A stretch of DNA of 64,000 nucleotides from Patescibacteria group bacterium (lineage in GTDB: Bacteria > Patescibacteriota > Patescibacteriia > UBA2591 > JAQUPP01): assembly GCA_028717225.1 (NCBI GenBank), contig JAQUOF010000001.1:30322-94321 (forward strand), written 5' to 3'. The first letter of the stretch is position 1; each line of letters opens with the position of its first letter. Positions 11,901 to 19,989 of the stretch are shown here, in pieces. The position numbers and the translations under genes are program-made. The notes beneath the pieces are model-generated. The model had not been told where the DNA came from. It did no database searches and saw only the letters and a list, made by a program, of their open reading frames with translations.

Positions 11901-14338
11901 CCGGTTGCCAATCCCTTGCCGTAATCCGCACAATACCATTTACAACCGATATCACTGGCGTTGCAATTGGCAAAATTTAAAGTATCGGCCAAATAAGAAT
12001 AACTTTTATTGTCGCTGGTTCGTTTATAAGTTTGGCAAGTATTAAATTGACCATTGCAAGAATTTCCGCCCGCTCGCCAAATATTTTTTTCTCTGGTGCA
12101 GTAACCCCAAGTATCGCATTTTCCGTTTGCGTCTTCATGAATACAATCTTTCATATCAACGCAAGTTTCTTGGCGTTGGCTGGAACCGGGCAAAGGAATG
12201 GCTGAATAAGCAATGGTTTCGCATTGAAAAGACGGAGCTTTTAAAACCCAATTCGGATCAACCAAATGACAAAAAGGCGAGGCTTTTTGCCAAGTTGATC
12301 CTGTTGCAACCTTCTTGGTTGTATTACAATCTAAATCAGAACTCACTTTATCAAACCCATCAACAATATCTTTTAAAGTAAATTGGGCATCGCCTAATTC
12401 ACCGTCATAAATTTTTTGAGCCGCGATTTCCAAACCTAATGGAAAAACTCTGATCGCGCGCAATTTTTTAATATTAGTCAAACTGTAACGATTTAAATAA
12501 TCAGTGGCTGCATCTTTTTTGCTTCGTCCGCTAATCAGCCAATCCGGATGGATTAAATTTTTATCCATTGCTTGTTTTAAGGTCAGATTTTCTTCAAGCG
12601 CTCTGACTATTCCCGAATCCATCACGCAGTTGCTTGGCAACGCATATTTTGGATCTTGCGGACAAACCGAGTATTCGTCATAAATTGATATTTCTCCGCC
12701 CTTTTTCAAAGAAGCCACGGTTAAATCGGCGAAAAAAGATTCGCCACCGGTGCTTAACGTGGTTACTCCTCCGTTTACGTTTAAAAACGGCTCTGATCTG
12801 GGCGCCCATGGAGCATAATTCCAATTAAAACCTTTTTCAAAAATTTGATTTAAAAGTTTGCTTGTTAGAGTGCTGGTAAATATGCCAATCGCGTCAGCCG
12901 CGGCCACGCCGGTATATTGCATCGGACTGGCTTCGCCTTTTTCCACCACCTGACGAGTTGCTTCGCTTACCAAAGTGGAAGGCGTTTTGGTTAAGCCGGA
13001 AATTTTAGTCGTCACATCATTCATTCTGCCCTGGAGAGATTGAAAATATTTTGAATTGGTTATCGCCGTGGTTTGCTTATTCATTAAGTTAGATTGAAGT
13101 TCTAAGGTAACTCTTAAATCATTGTCTTCCGAAAACATTCTCCCTATATCTTCCAAAGTAGCTTGTTCTTTAGCGGTTATGGCCGTAAAGTTGGTCTTTT
13201 TAATCATGTCTTCTAATGTTGTTGTCCAAACCACCAATTGTTTAACATAGAGATTGGCACGCTGAGTATATGCAAGAGCATTAACATAACCGACATATTG
13301 TCTGTCTTTTTCCTCGCAATCCTTATCCTTTAAATTCGCCGTCAATCCTTTGCATTCAAAGTATGAGCAATCCGTAGGACTGACATTGCCAATCGCCAGA
13401 CACTCCTGATTAGAACAAAAATCTTGCTGCTTTTTAGCCGCGCAAACTGACGTATTTTTTTGCCAATATTTCAAATATGCCAAATCATTTTCATTATCTG
13501 GCGTACCCCAAACTATTTTATTAATTAATTTCTGAAATCCTTCTTGGGTAGGCAGTGTCATTAAAGAATCTTTATTGTCAGTTTGAAGAGCTTCAACCGT
13601 TTTAGAAAATTCATCTTGAACTTCAACGATATTTTGAGCGATATTTTTTAATGCATCTACGCGATTCTTTCCACCTATCCATTCTTTATTTCCCTCAGAC
13701 TTATCCGGCCATTGTTTTAATACCGAATCTGCTTCAAGAATATCTCTAAAACTGGATTTATATCTGCCAACCGGGCCCTCTTTAAAATCTATAGAAAATT
13801 CAATTAAATTTTTCTGCTGCGCTTCGCTTATTCTTTGTTTTATTTTTGAAAAAGAACAATGAGTTTCCTGTTTCCAAACTTTCTTTTGATAAACCGGATC
13901 AAAAGAAATTAAAATATTTAAACGAAGAGTCGGATCAATCGGATCGCACAAACTTTGCGTAAAAAATCCGGTAGCTCTGGCCGCCGAATCAATAAATTCA
14001 CCCAACATATCATCGCCCATTGCGGTCCAATAATCAGGACTGGAAATAAATAACGGGCTTTGACCCTTGCCTCCGCCGGCCACCCATTCGGCAGTTTGCG
14101 TGGCTATTGTACTGGTATAAGAATTAATCGCGTTTCTGTAGGCAACTCCCGCGCCTTCTGCCCAAGCTTTTTTCAAATATTCCCAAACTTTATCCCAAAT
14201 AAATTTGGGCCAATCTTCAACCGGTACTGCCTGAGCTTGTTTTGGATAAAATAAAACCGGAGTCGCTATTGATAAAAACATTACCAATAAAACCGCCCCG
14301 GCCATTACTTTAAATTTAATTTGTTTTTTAAAATCCAT
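5915..14338 (-). CDS. Giant cysteine-rich surface protein (2807 aa) with carbohydrate-binding-like domains
   Basis: Signal peptide ending AQA; many C-x5-GC units; CBM4/9-like starts NGGFESG, DFEDG, NGSFEEG; C-terminal PKD-like IDWGD...ITDNWG. Confidence 0.75.
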   Translation of the reverse strand: MDFKKQIKFKVMAGAVLLVMFLSIATPVLFYPKQAQAVPVEDWPKFIWDKVWEYLKKAWAEGAGVAYRNAINSYTSTIATQTAEWVAGGGKGQSPLFISSPDYWTAMGDDMLGEFIDSAARATGFFTQSLCDPIDPTLRLNILISFDPVYQKKVWKQETHCSFSKIKQRISEAQQKNLIEFSIDFKEGPVGRYKSSFRDILEADSVLKQWPDKSEGNKEWIGGKNRVDALKNIAQNIVEVQDEFSKTVEALQTDNKDSLMTLPTQEGFQKLINKIVWGTPDNENDLAYLKYWQKNTSVCAAKKQQDFCSNQECLAIGNVSPTDCSYFECKGLTANLKDKDCEEKDRQYVGYVNALAYTQRANLYVKQLVVWTTTLEDMIKKTNFTAITAKEQATLEDIGRMFSEDNDLRVTLELQSNLMNKQTTAITNSKYFQSLQGRMNDVTTKISGLTKTPSTLVSEATRQVVEKGEASPMQYTGVAAADAIGIFTSTLTSKLLNQIFEKGFNWNYAPWAPRSEPFLNVNGGVTTLSTGGESFFADLTVASLKKGGEISIYDEYSVCPQDPKYALPSNCVMDSGIVRALEENLTLKQAMDKNLIHPDWLISGRSKKDAATDYLNRYSLTNIKKLRAIRVFPLGLEIAAQKIYDGELGDAQFTLKDIVDGFDKVSSDLDCNTTKKVATGSTWQKASPFCHLVDPNWVLKAPSFQCETIAYSAIPLPGSSQRQETCVDMKDCIHEDANGKCDTWGYCTREKNIWRAGGNSCNGQFNTCQTYKRTSDNKSYSYLADTLNFANCNASDIGCKWYCADYGKGLATGGKDIWACKSPGVSYEKDNDGKYVTTDNSKNAIFFNRNVEKCDASTEGCHEYIRTALDLGTNLAPNGGFESGILKDNGADGWDPYWKGYSLIDADKLSGSKAIKVSLGCTCAQTPCDACKSGAGQGVNIIVQPDEYVTASVWSKVNSYTSGSFKIYMQGTDGKGEWHDPLFDCSLPTTNKNQWQRTVCTYHNTDPTGQAKVTRIYLITTDYSGEILLDNTQFEIGKTPSPYKDYGSNNKIYLKTAPIWMGCNTNPDNPECDNFAKKCSSADVGCGLYTPINNDPIIPGIVSEKNRCSEKCVGANYFKEMKTNFETEQPDVLLIPSLATSCSAPGCEEFTNLDEVVKGGEGIQYYSYIRKCQKPSDACGYYYTWVGSDTNGYQLKKYYLKSEDDGPEKVNSALEGANCNGPEDLTDPHCKEFYDADGKVSYRIYENTITCSDSCSSLRKTPSVNFTADKCTASRGTWENGNCIYQAIPNESISCNKANVGCREYKGSAANNIKQVLKSDFEDGNQGWIGGRPSNESVNKDGYSMEIISEVKAIEYAASGLVTQGKSYIISFWAKGRGTWRADFSAAGKDSLLIGSTLSPDENWREIKLGPVYFDREVGSDEKLIISTAYRNYYIDNIILKEVKDDLNLIKNSWVTKMTPLNCTVPGCQAYKDQNNKLQYLASFARLCNEKSVGCEALIDTQNSASPFAETFKSGITVSADSPIYLINDSKKSCQETNKGCQRFGLPTLSATDTVTGWSDLYLKNNPDNYSTKILCDSANTGCEEYNISGSGSSVYFKDPGENLCEYREKVSLSGGDNITGWFTKGTDQPCYYNTNKTPYLLNGIYGIKTSTETGYEKAGLCPQNQTGCTQFTESVGTLTNMVTNGSFEEGKTYWLNDCPPGQGYQETCNGVILNPIDDYVDGKKGLQISANGSDWVGLVSQDIKIDPKPYPRYFYLFGNIKIPGTLKGSWQLHFQALTANENGKCGESGNSDIAHCHTTINGNYQFNNSHTKNEWFSAWRYEKVDSNVTNLRIFVIADDTQGNNDKVNVDNLQIIEFTPQPYYYLDDGKLDQSSCQGNVSQKQGCILLLDNSQGSATYNTFATYKKSEATNPKYELVSPVNCAKEGSEDYTKYCLPNGQTTNDANIILKVRQDRTCGEWLTCTSSRSEWDTNSGSYKDICEAVGRCDKLIGSGNTNQCGHLIWEQNPAVLTENIYQDRDVSWSGMDYAGHSIYNMYPIERLTAKEYVDANNNLGYRLSYVNALGDVYGVNGIKLKSSIQPDSIISSTDLAKLTIAKTCRAYPEKDSPFKGNNANGGAPYYSDVNVCSDATNGAGDQKDCQCSYTKAVYGGTTKYYNSESLAGDSICIGSNGSETSDTTKESCEGKSSAATGNTWTLLTKKTNAIGLRGFCLEPDPSKPTDVNACITWWPGQPTGDPDIYNQFLSAGYQAANDREWYCTKKIIPSAKSNPITNAKDVTASGSCAQWGEGLAYKCYDINDGDNPTCPSCTDTWTYEETFNYYKNDIASIDFNLKSDSDWCGLGHRSGWDANTTIKANNPNWKASWKKGADYVDITVLFDESNKLTGFNLSSCDGSADDGGFGVAGITINFNTGCGQVVKIANEEDQNMTKAFTNRVNNIKNYYNDPIDSKIYTTMDANNKTDSQCQPWGALGSWDQSAYITSASGCGDNMVDSSSIYSSITPLQKLFTTSYSIYNYIFPGVCQRKCQDGLNQNNNCLTDENCGEKTSVISHDCIGICSGANHSCKTDDDCFMAGTCGNGICEDGPKKDNTCQLSSQDCSEPATYYTCGNLTCSTTGSCVGKNVGDICEIHPGLDYTYQRTNTSLNSPSDIKSPQIVSVNCTEKGQCQNGNLDKITIGDVDNEDITRSQSYLAVLKFYAWADKDQMPIRNITIDWGDVIQPNPYLVMAKNHKPVCCADNLTCDNFGDTPNACTNNYFQFNHIYSCASGGSGWNKFGCSNACCFQPKVSITDNWGKTTNVSFQGLIKIIP

Positions 14339-14457
14339 ATTTTATTTCTTAATTTTGAATTTTAAATAATTTCTATAATTCAAAATATAAATATCAACAA
14401 CTATTCAATTTTTATTTTCCTAATAAGCTAAAAAGCTACAAGCTAATAAGCTTTTAT

Positions 14458-15174
14458 TTACTGCCCTTGTTGCTGGGCTGATTGCAAAAACATCAATTTT
14501 AAAGTTTCGTCGTCTATTTTATTTAATATTTCCTGATCTGCGCCCTGAGTAATTAAAATTTGGCGCAATTGATTTATATCCAAATCAGAAAAATCGCCCG
14601 AAGTAGTATTCGGCGTTGCTATTGTTTCCAAATCTATTCCTGTTTCTGCCTTAGTTTCATTATATAACTTCTGAAGAGTTTCGCTATCAAGCTTATCCAC
14701 AACATCACGAGCCAGACCGCCTTTATCCACAAGTAAATCACGAATTTTTTGAACAGATTCATTAGTTAAGTTGGGGGCCGGATTTAAGGTGCCGGTACTG
14801 GGGCTGGAAAATGTTTTTTCCAAATTATTTTCACTGCCTGTTGCCAATTTGTTAAGCGGAGTTGAATTTAAATTTAAGGGATCGGAACCGGCGTCCACTT
14901 CTTGCTTGTCAGAATATCCGTCGCTGTCAGAATCAGTCAAATAAGCCGAAGTTCGGTATTTAAATTGTTCGTCAAAATCAGAAAGGCCGTCATGATCCGT
15001 GTCAACAACTTTTAAGCCGGTCAAAACTTCTTCTTGGGTTAATGATTTTGGTTTGGAATAACTAATAAAAGGAGCATAAATTGCCCCTTTTATTTTTAGA
15101 AAACCAAGAGTAACGGCGCCAATGCCGATTAAGATAAAAAAAACTATAATAAAAGTATTTTTATTCTGCGGCAT
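14458..15174 (-). CDS. Membrane-anchored protein with DxDxDG calcium-binding (thrombospondin type 3-like) repeats
   Basis: N-terminal TM; DTDHDGLSDFDE and DSDSDGYSDKQE; duplicated helical C-terminal motif. Confidence 0.7.
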   Translation of the reverse strand: MPQNKNTFIIVFFILIGIGAVTLGFLKIKGAIYAPFISYSKPKSLTQEEVLTGLKVVDTDHDGLSDFDEQFKYRTSAYLTDSDSDGYSDKQEVDAGSDPLNLNSTPLNKLATGSENNLEKTFSSPSTGTLNPAPNLTNESVQKIRDLLVDKGGLARDVVDKLDSETLQKLYNETKAETGIDLETIATPNTTSGDFSDLDINQLRQILITQGADQEILNKIDDETLKLMFLQSAQQQGQ

Positions 15175-15178
15175 GAAA

Positions 15179-16036
15179 TTAATTTTTAATTTTATTAGCT
15201 AACTCTATCCAATTTTCAATTGATAATTCCTGCGCTCTGGATTTTAAAGAAAGATTTGTCTGAGATAAAATATTTTCACTCTCTTCCTTGTTTACTATAC
15301 CACTTTTTACCAAATTATTCAAGAGGTATTTTCGCGGCGAAGAAAAACCCGCCCTGACGATTTGGAAAAATTTTTCTTCATCAATATTATTAGTAATTCG
15401 TATATTTGTACTTGATTCGTAATTCGTAATAGGCACAATTTGTAAAATTGCACTGTCAACTTTTGGTTTTGGCCAAAAATTTTCTTTTGAAATTTTAAAA
15501 ATCTTTTTTACTTTACTGTAAAATTGAACCGAGATCGCCAAAAGATTCATTTTGGGCGGTTTAGCTAGAATGCGCTCTCCGACTTCTTTTTGGAGGATTA
15601 GAGTTATTGATTTTGGTTTTATTTTTTGACTTAAAAATTTTCTTAAAACCGCGCTGGTAATATTAAAAGGCAAATTCGCCACAACCTTGTAATCATTGAA
15701 ACATTTTAACATTATAGCATCACAGCATTTTGAATCTAAAATATCACCGGAAATAATTTCAATATTTTTATAATCCTTTAATCTATTTTTTAAAACTTCA
15801 ACTAATTTCTTGTCAATTTCCACAGCAAAAACTTTTTTTACTTTTTTTGCTATTTCTTGGGTTAAAATTCCAAGTCCGGCACCGATTTCTATCACATAAT
15901 CTGAACTTTCCAAATTAGCCGCGTCTAATAATTTATTTATCGTTTCTTGATTAATTAAAAAATTTTGTCCTCTTCTTCTCAAAGGTTGAATTTGATATTG
16001 AGAACAAATTTCTTGTGTTTCTGTTTTAAGCGACAT
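15179..16036 (-). CDS. rsmA: 16S rRNA m6,2A dimethyltransferase RsmA/KsgA
   Basis: GQNFL, VIEIGAGLG, VANLPFNI, QKEV, FWPKPKVDS motifs. Confidence 0.95.
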   Translation of the reverse strand: MSLKTETQEICSQYQIQPLRRRGQNFLINQETINKLLDAANLESSDYVIEIGAGLGILTQEIAKKVKKVFAVEIDKKLVEVLKNRLKDYKNIEIISGDILDSKCCDAIMLKCFNDYKVVANLPFNITSAVLRKFLSQKIKPKSITLILQKEVGERILAKPPKMNLLAISVQFYSKVKKIFKISKENFWPKPKVDSAILQIVPITNYESSTNIRITNNIDEEKFFQIVRAGFSSPRKYLLNNLVKSGIVNKEESENILSQTNLSLKSRAQELSIENWIELANKIKN

Positions 16037-16039
16037 CAA

Positions 16040-18619
16040 TTAAACCACTAAATTAATTAATTTTCCGGCGATAAAAATTGTTTTTTTAATTTTCTGTCCG
16101 TTTAAAAATTTCTGGATTTTCGGACTGTTGAGGGCAATTTGATTTGCTTCTTCTTCGGTAATACCAACCTGGATTTTAATTGAATCTCTTATTTTGCCGT
16201 TAATTTGAACAACTAAAACAAAATCTTTTTCCTGAATTAATCGGGGATCAAATTCGGGCCATTGTTCTTGAAAAATACTCTTCTTATTATTGACGTTAAT
16301 TTTAGACCAAAGCTCGTCGCAAAGATGAGGGGTGATAGGAGACAATAATAAAAGTAAAGTTTTAATATCCAGAATATTCGGTGATTTTTCCAAAGCATTT
16401 AAATATTCCATTAAAAAAGCGACTGTAGTATTGAATTTAAAATTCTCAATATCTTCGCTTACTTTTTTTATTGTCTGATGTCTTAAACGCTCCAGATCAG
16501 GATTTGGTCCGCCAGCTGGCGGATTAGAAATTAGAAATTGAGAATTAGAAATTACAAGATTTCTGACTCTTGTCAGAAATCTTGCCACTCCTTCAATGGT
16601 TTGAGTATTCCAGGCAATTGGCTGGTCAAACGGCCCCATAAACATTTCATAAAGCCGCAAGGTGTCAGCGCCATATTTTTTAATAATTTCATCCGGATTA
16701 ATAACATTGGAAAAACTTTTACTCATTTTTCTGCCATCTTCAGCTAAAATCATTCCGTGTGATCGCCTTTTTAAATATGGCTCGTCGTTTTCCGCAATGC
16801 CGATGTCGTATAAAAATTTATACCAATAACGGGAATAAAGAAGATGCAAAGTTGTGTGTTCCATTCCGCCATTATAAATATCAACCGGCAGCCAATATTT
16901 CATTTTTTCAGGACTGGCCAAAGTTTTATCATTTTTAGAATCAAGATAACGGATAAAATACCAATTTGAACCGGCCCAATTCGGCATAGTATCGGTTTCT
17001 CTTCTTGCCCAAGCGCCGCAACGCGGACATTTTACTTTTATCCAATTCTCACATTTGCTGAGCGGCGACTCGCCGGTTCCTGATGGCTGATATTTTTTAA
17101 GATAAGGCAATTCAACCGGCAAATTTTTTTCTTCAATCGCCATCCAGCCGGGATTTAATAATTCTCCCTGATTAAATTCTTTACAATCCGCTTCTTGTTT
17201 TTTGCTTTTTATTTTGTCAGCGCATTTTTGGCAAAAAACCAATGGAATCGGTTCGCCCCAATAATGCTGGCGGGAAAAAACCCAGTCGCGCAATTTATAA
17301 TTTATTTTTAATCCGCCTGATTTTTCCAGAGTCAATCTTTCGGTGATTTTTTTTCTTGCTTCAACAGAAATTAAATTTGAAAATTCTTCAGAATTAATTA
17401 AAACCCCTTCTGATTCAAAGGCCTCTAATAATTCATTATTAGTGCCCTTTTTCGCGGCTTTATGATTTTGATCAGGTTTAATTACTTCAATAATTTCCAA
17501 TCCGTATTTTTTGGCAAAATCAAAATCTCTTTGATCATGAGCCGGAACAACCATAACCGAACCTCCGCCATAAGCGGCGATCACGTAATCGCCGAGAAAA
17601 ATCGGCACTGATTTTTTATTAATCGGATTGACAGCATAAAGTCCTTTTAATTGAACGCCTGTTTTTTCTTTTGCCAAATCGGTTCTTTCCATATCTGATT
17701 TTTCTTGAGATGCTTTAATATATTTTTCCACTTCTTCCAAATTTTTAACTTTTAATTTTAATGTCTCAATCATTTTATGTTCCGGCGCGATTACCAAGGC
17801 CGTGACGCCATAAATCGTGTCAACGCGAGTTGTAAAAACTTCAATAAATTGTTCTTCCGCTGAATCAGAATCTTTAATTAAAAATTTTAAATTCGTTCCT
17901 TCGCTCCGTCCGATCCAATTGATTTGCTGAGTTTTTATTTTTTCCAAATAATCAACTGTTTCCAATTCTTTAAGCAAGCGATCGGCATATTCGGTAATTT
18001 TAAGCATCCATTGTTTCATTTGCCGCCTTTCGGTTTGAGCGCCGCAGCGTTCGCATTTTCCTTGAACCACTTCTTCATTTGCCAAACCGATTTTGCATTT
18101 CGGACACCAATTAATCGGAATCTCTGATTGATAAGCCATGCCTCGTTTAAACAATTGGATAAAAATCCATTGGGTCCATTTATAATATTTCGGATCAGTG
18201 GTATTAATTTCTCTTGACCAATCAAAAGAAATTCCCAAAGATTTAAGTTGTTTTTTGAAAACAGCAATGTTTTGGGCCGTAATTTTCGCCGGATGAATTC
18301 CTTTTTTAATGGCGTAATTTTCGGTCGGCAGGCCAAAAGCGTCCCAACCCATGGGATAAAGGACATTTTGCCCTTGCATTCTTCTCTTTCTGGCCAAAAC
18401 ATCCAGGGCTACATAACTTCGGCAGTGACCGACATGAAGACCGTCTCCCGAAGGATAGGGAAATTCAACCAAAATATACTGTTTGGGTTTTTCCGAAGAA
18501 TCTTGGGCCTGATAAAGTTTATTTTTATCCCAAAATTTCTGCCATTTTTTTTCTATTTTGGCAAAATTATAAACTTCTTTCCTTTTGGTTAATTTTTCGA
18601 GAAAAGTTCTATTTATCAT
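16040..18619 (-). CDS. leuS: Leucine--tRNA ligase
   Basis: FPYPSG.GLHVGH (HIGH), GWDAFGLP, DWVFSRQ.YWGEPIP, KMSKS. Confidence 0.97.
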   Translation of the reverse strand: MINRTFLEKLTKRKEVYNFAKIEKKWQKFWDKNKLYQAQDSSEKPKQYILVEFPYPSGDGLHVGHCRSYVALDVLARKRRMQGQNVLYPMGWDAFGLPTENYAIKKGIHPAKITAQNIAVFKKQLKSLGISFDWSREINTTDPKYYKWTQWIFIQLFKRGMAYQSEIPINWCPKCKIGLANEEVVQGKCERCGAQTERRQMKQWMLKITEYADRLLKELETVDYLEKIKTQQINWIGRSEGTNLKFLIKDSDSAEEQFIEVFTTRVDTIYGVTALVIAPEHKMIETLKLKVKNLEEVEKYIKASQEKSDMERTDLAKEKTGVQLKGLYAVNPINKKSVPIFLGDYVIAAYGGGSVMVVPAHDQRDFDFAKKYGLEIIEVIKPDQNHKAAKKGTNNELLEAFESEGVLINSEEFSNLISVEARKKITERLTLEKSGGLKINYKLRDWVFSRQHYWGEPIPLVFCQKCADKIKSKKQEADCKEFNQGELLNPGWMAIEEKNLPVELPYLKKYQPSGTGESPLSKCENWIKVKCPRCGAWARRETDTMPNWAGSNWYFIRYLDSKNDKTLASPEKMKYWLPVDIYNGGMEHTTLHLLYSRYWYKFLYDIGIAENDEPYLKRRSHGMILAEDGRKMSKSFSNVINPDEIIKKYGADTLRLYEMFMGPFDQPIAWNTQTIEGVARFLTRVRNLVISNSQFLISNPPAGGPNPDLERLRHQTIKKVSEDIENFKFNTTVAFLMEYLNALEKSPNILDIKTLLLLLSPITPHLCDELWSKINVNNKKSIFQEQWPEFDPRLIQEKDFVLVVQINGKIRDSIKIQVGITEEEANQIALNSPKIQKFLNGQKIKKTIFIAGKLINLVV
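16508..16523. repeat. Palindrome TCCGCCAGCTGGCGGA copy 1, in frame in leuS next to a TTAGAAA heptamer array
   Basis: Exact 16-bp palindrome; region translates as ISNSQFLISNPPAGGPNP. Confidence 0.95.
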
Positions 18620-18666
18620 AAATTGATATTACTTTTATCATTTAATATTAACATAAACTTATCCTC

Positions 18667-18694
18667 TTGACAAGCGGAAAATTAGTGGTATAAT
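18667..18694 (+). promoter_or_regulatory. Sigma70-type promoter
   Basis: TTGACA-N16-TATAAT with TG extension. Confidence 0.7.
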
Positions 18695-18723
18695 AAAAAA
18701 CAACCCTGAATAAGGGCCAAATT

Positions 18724-19956
18724 ATGAAAAAACCTCTTAAAAACAATTATTTTAAGGTTTTTCTGAACAATTTACGGTCTAATGTCCAATCGGGCTTAGC
18801 CAATCTGGGAAAAGCGATTATCGGGAGAATACTTTATATCTCTCATTTTTGCCTTAGACACCGTGATAAAATAATAACGGGCGAATTTGCTTTAGTGGCT
18901 GTAATCGCCTTTTTTATTATTTTTTCATCCTTGGAAATGAAAAATCTTTATGAAAATGCCAATCATGAAAATTTAATTACTTCAATTACCAATCAAGATA
19001 AAATTATTGTTAAAGCTCAAGATACTTCTATCCCTTCTAATAATAAAGAGGATTCTGATTTTCATATTGCCGGCAATAGAATGCTGGCAGATTCTGATAT
19101 TTCTTTAACTTTGGGCGGGAGCACTTTAATCACCCCTGAAACTGAATTTAATGACTCAATGCCAAACACCAGGACAGAAGTTGAAAATTATACCGTTGAA
19201 GCAGGAGATACTATTTATACCATTGCTCAAAAATTTGGCATTAACATCACTTCCATTCTTGCGGCAAACAATTTGACGCTTCGTTCGGCCAATCTTATCA
19301 GACCCGGACAAACGCTTTCTATTTTGCCGATTGACGGTTTAACTCATAAAGTTAAATCCGGCGAGACATTGGATCAAATCGCCAAAAAATATAAAGCATC
19401 AATAAATGATATCGTGGATTTCAACGGCTTGGCCGATGCTTCTGATATTTTAGCAAATGATATTTTAATTATTCCTTATGGATCACAACCTTCCGCGCCT
19501 CCGGTGATAATCAAACCTCAGGTTGTTCAACCTCGTTTTGAAAAAACAGAATTAGTGATAACTTCACCGAATTACAATTCTTGGTTGAGAAATACAAAAT
19601 GCCACAAATTTTATAATGGCCAGTGTACTTCTTATGTAGCTTATAAATGGGCGACTGATCTCGGCAAATGCGTTGCTTGGAGCGGTAATGCCAAAAACTG
19701 GCTCGGTAATGCCAAACAACAAGGATTCAGAATTGGCGATGATCCGCAAAAAGGAGCCGTTGTTTCTTTATGTGAAGCCGGCCGCGGTTGCTGCGGAAGA
19801 AGTTCCTATTGTTGGGGACACGTCGCTTATGTTGAATCTTTTAATAATGACACTATTACTTTTACTGAAATGAATCATCCCACGCCATGGCGCGTTACTC
19901 AAAGAACAATTGATCGCGACGATGTACGTATTTTAGGTTACATTTACGCGGAATAA
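18724..19956 (+). CDS. LysM (x2) + CHAP domain peptidoglycan hydrolase
   Basis: YTVEAGDTIYTIA and HKVKSGETLDQIA LysM repeats; CHAP GQCTSY...WGHVAYVE...EMN. Confidence 0.88.
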   Translation: MKKPLKNNYFKVFLNNLRSNVQSGLANLGKAIIGRILYISHFCLRHRDKIITGEFALVAVIAFFIIFSSLEMKNLYENANHENLITSITNQDKIIVKAQDTSIPSNNKEDSDFHIAGNRMLADSDISLTLGGSTLITPETEFNDSMPNTRTEVENYTVEAGDTIYTIAQKFGINITSILAANNLTLRSANLIRPGQTLSILPIDGLTHKVKSGETLDQIAKKYKASINDIVDFNGLADASDILANDILIIPYGSQPSAPPVIIKPQVVQPRFEKTELVITSPNYNSWLRNTKCHKFYNGQCTSYVAYKWATDLGKCVAWSGNAKNWLGNAKQQGFRIGDDPQKGAVVSLCEAGRGCCGRSSYCWGHVAYVESFNNDTITFTEMNHPTPWRVTQRTIDRDDVRILGYIYAE

Positions 19957-19989
19957 AAAATATATTTTTAAAAATTAAATTATAATCAT

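Noticed and set aside
5915..14338. Giant protein as a phage tail or contact-dependent toxin
   Set aside because: No phage genes, RHS/YD or haemagglutinin repeats, or adjacent immunity gene were seen.
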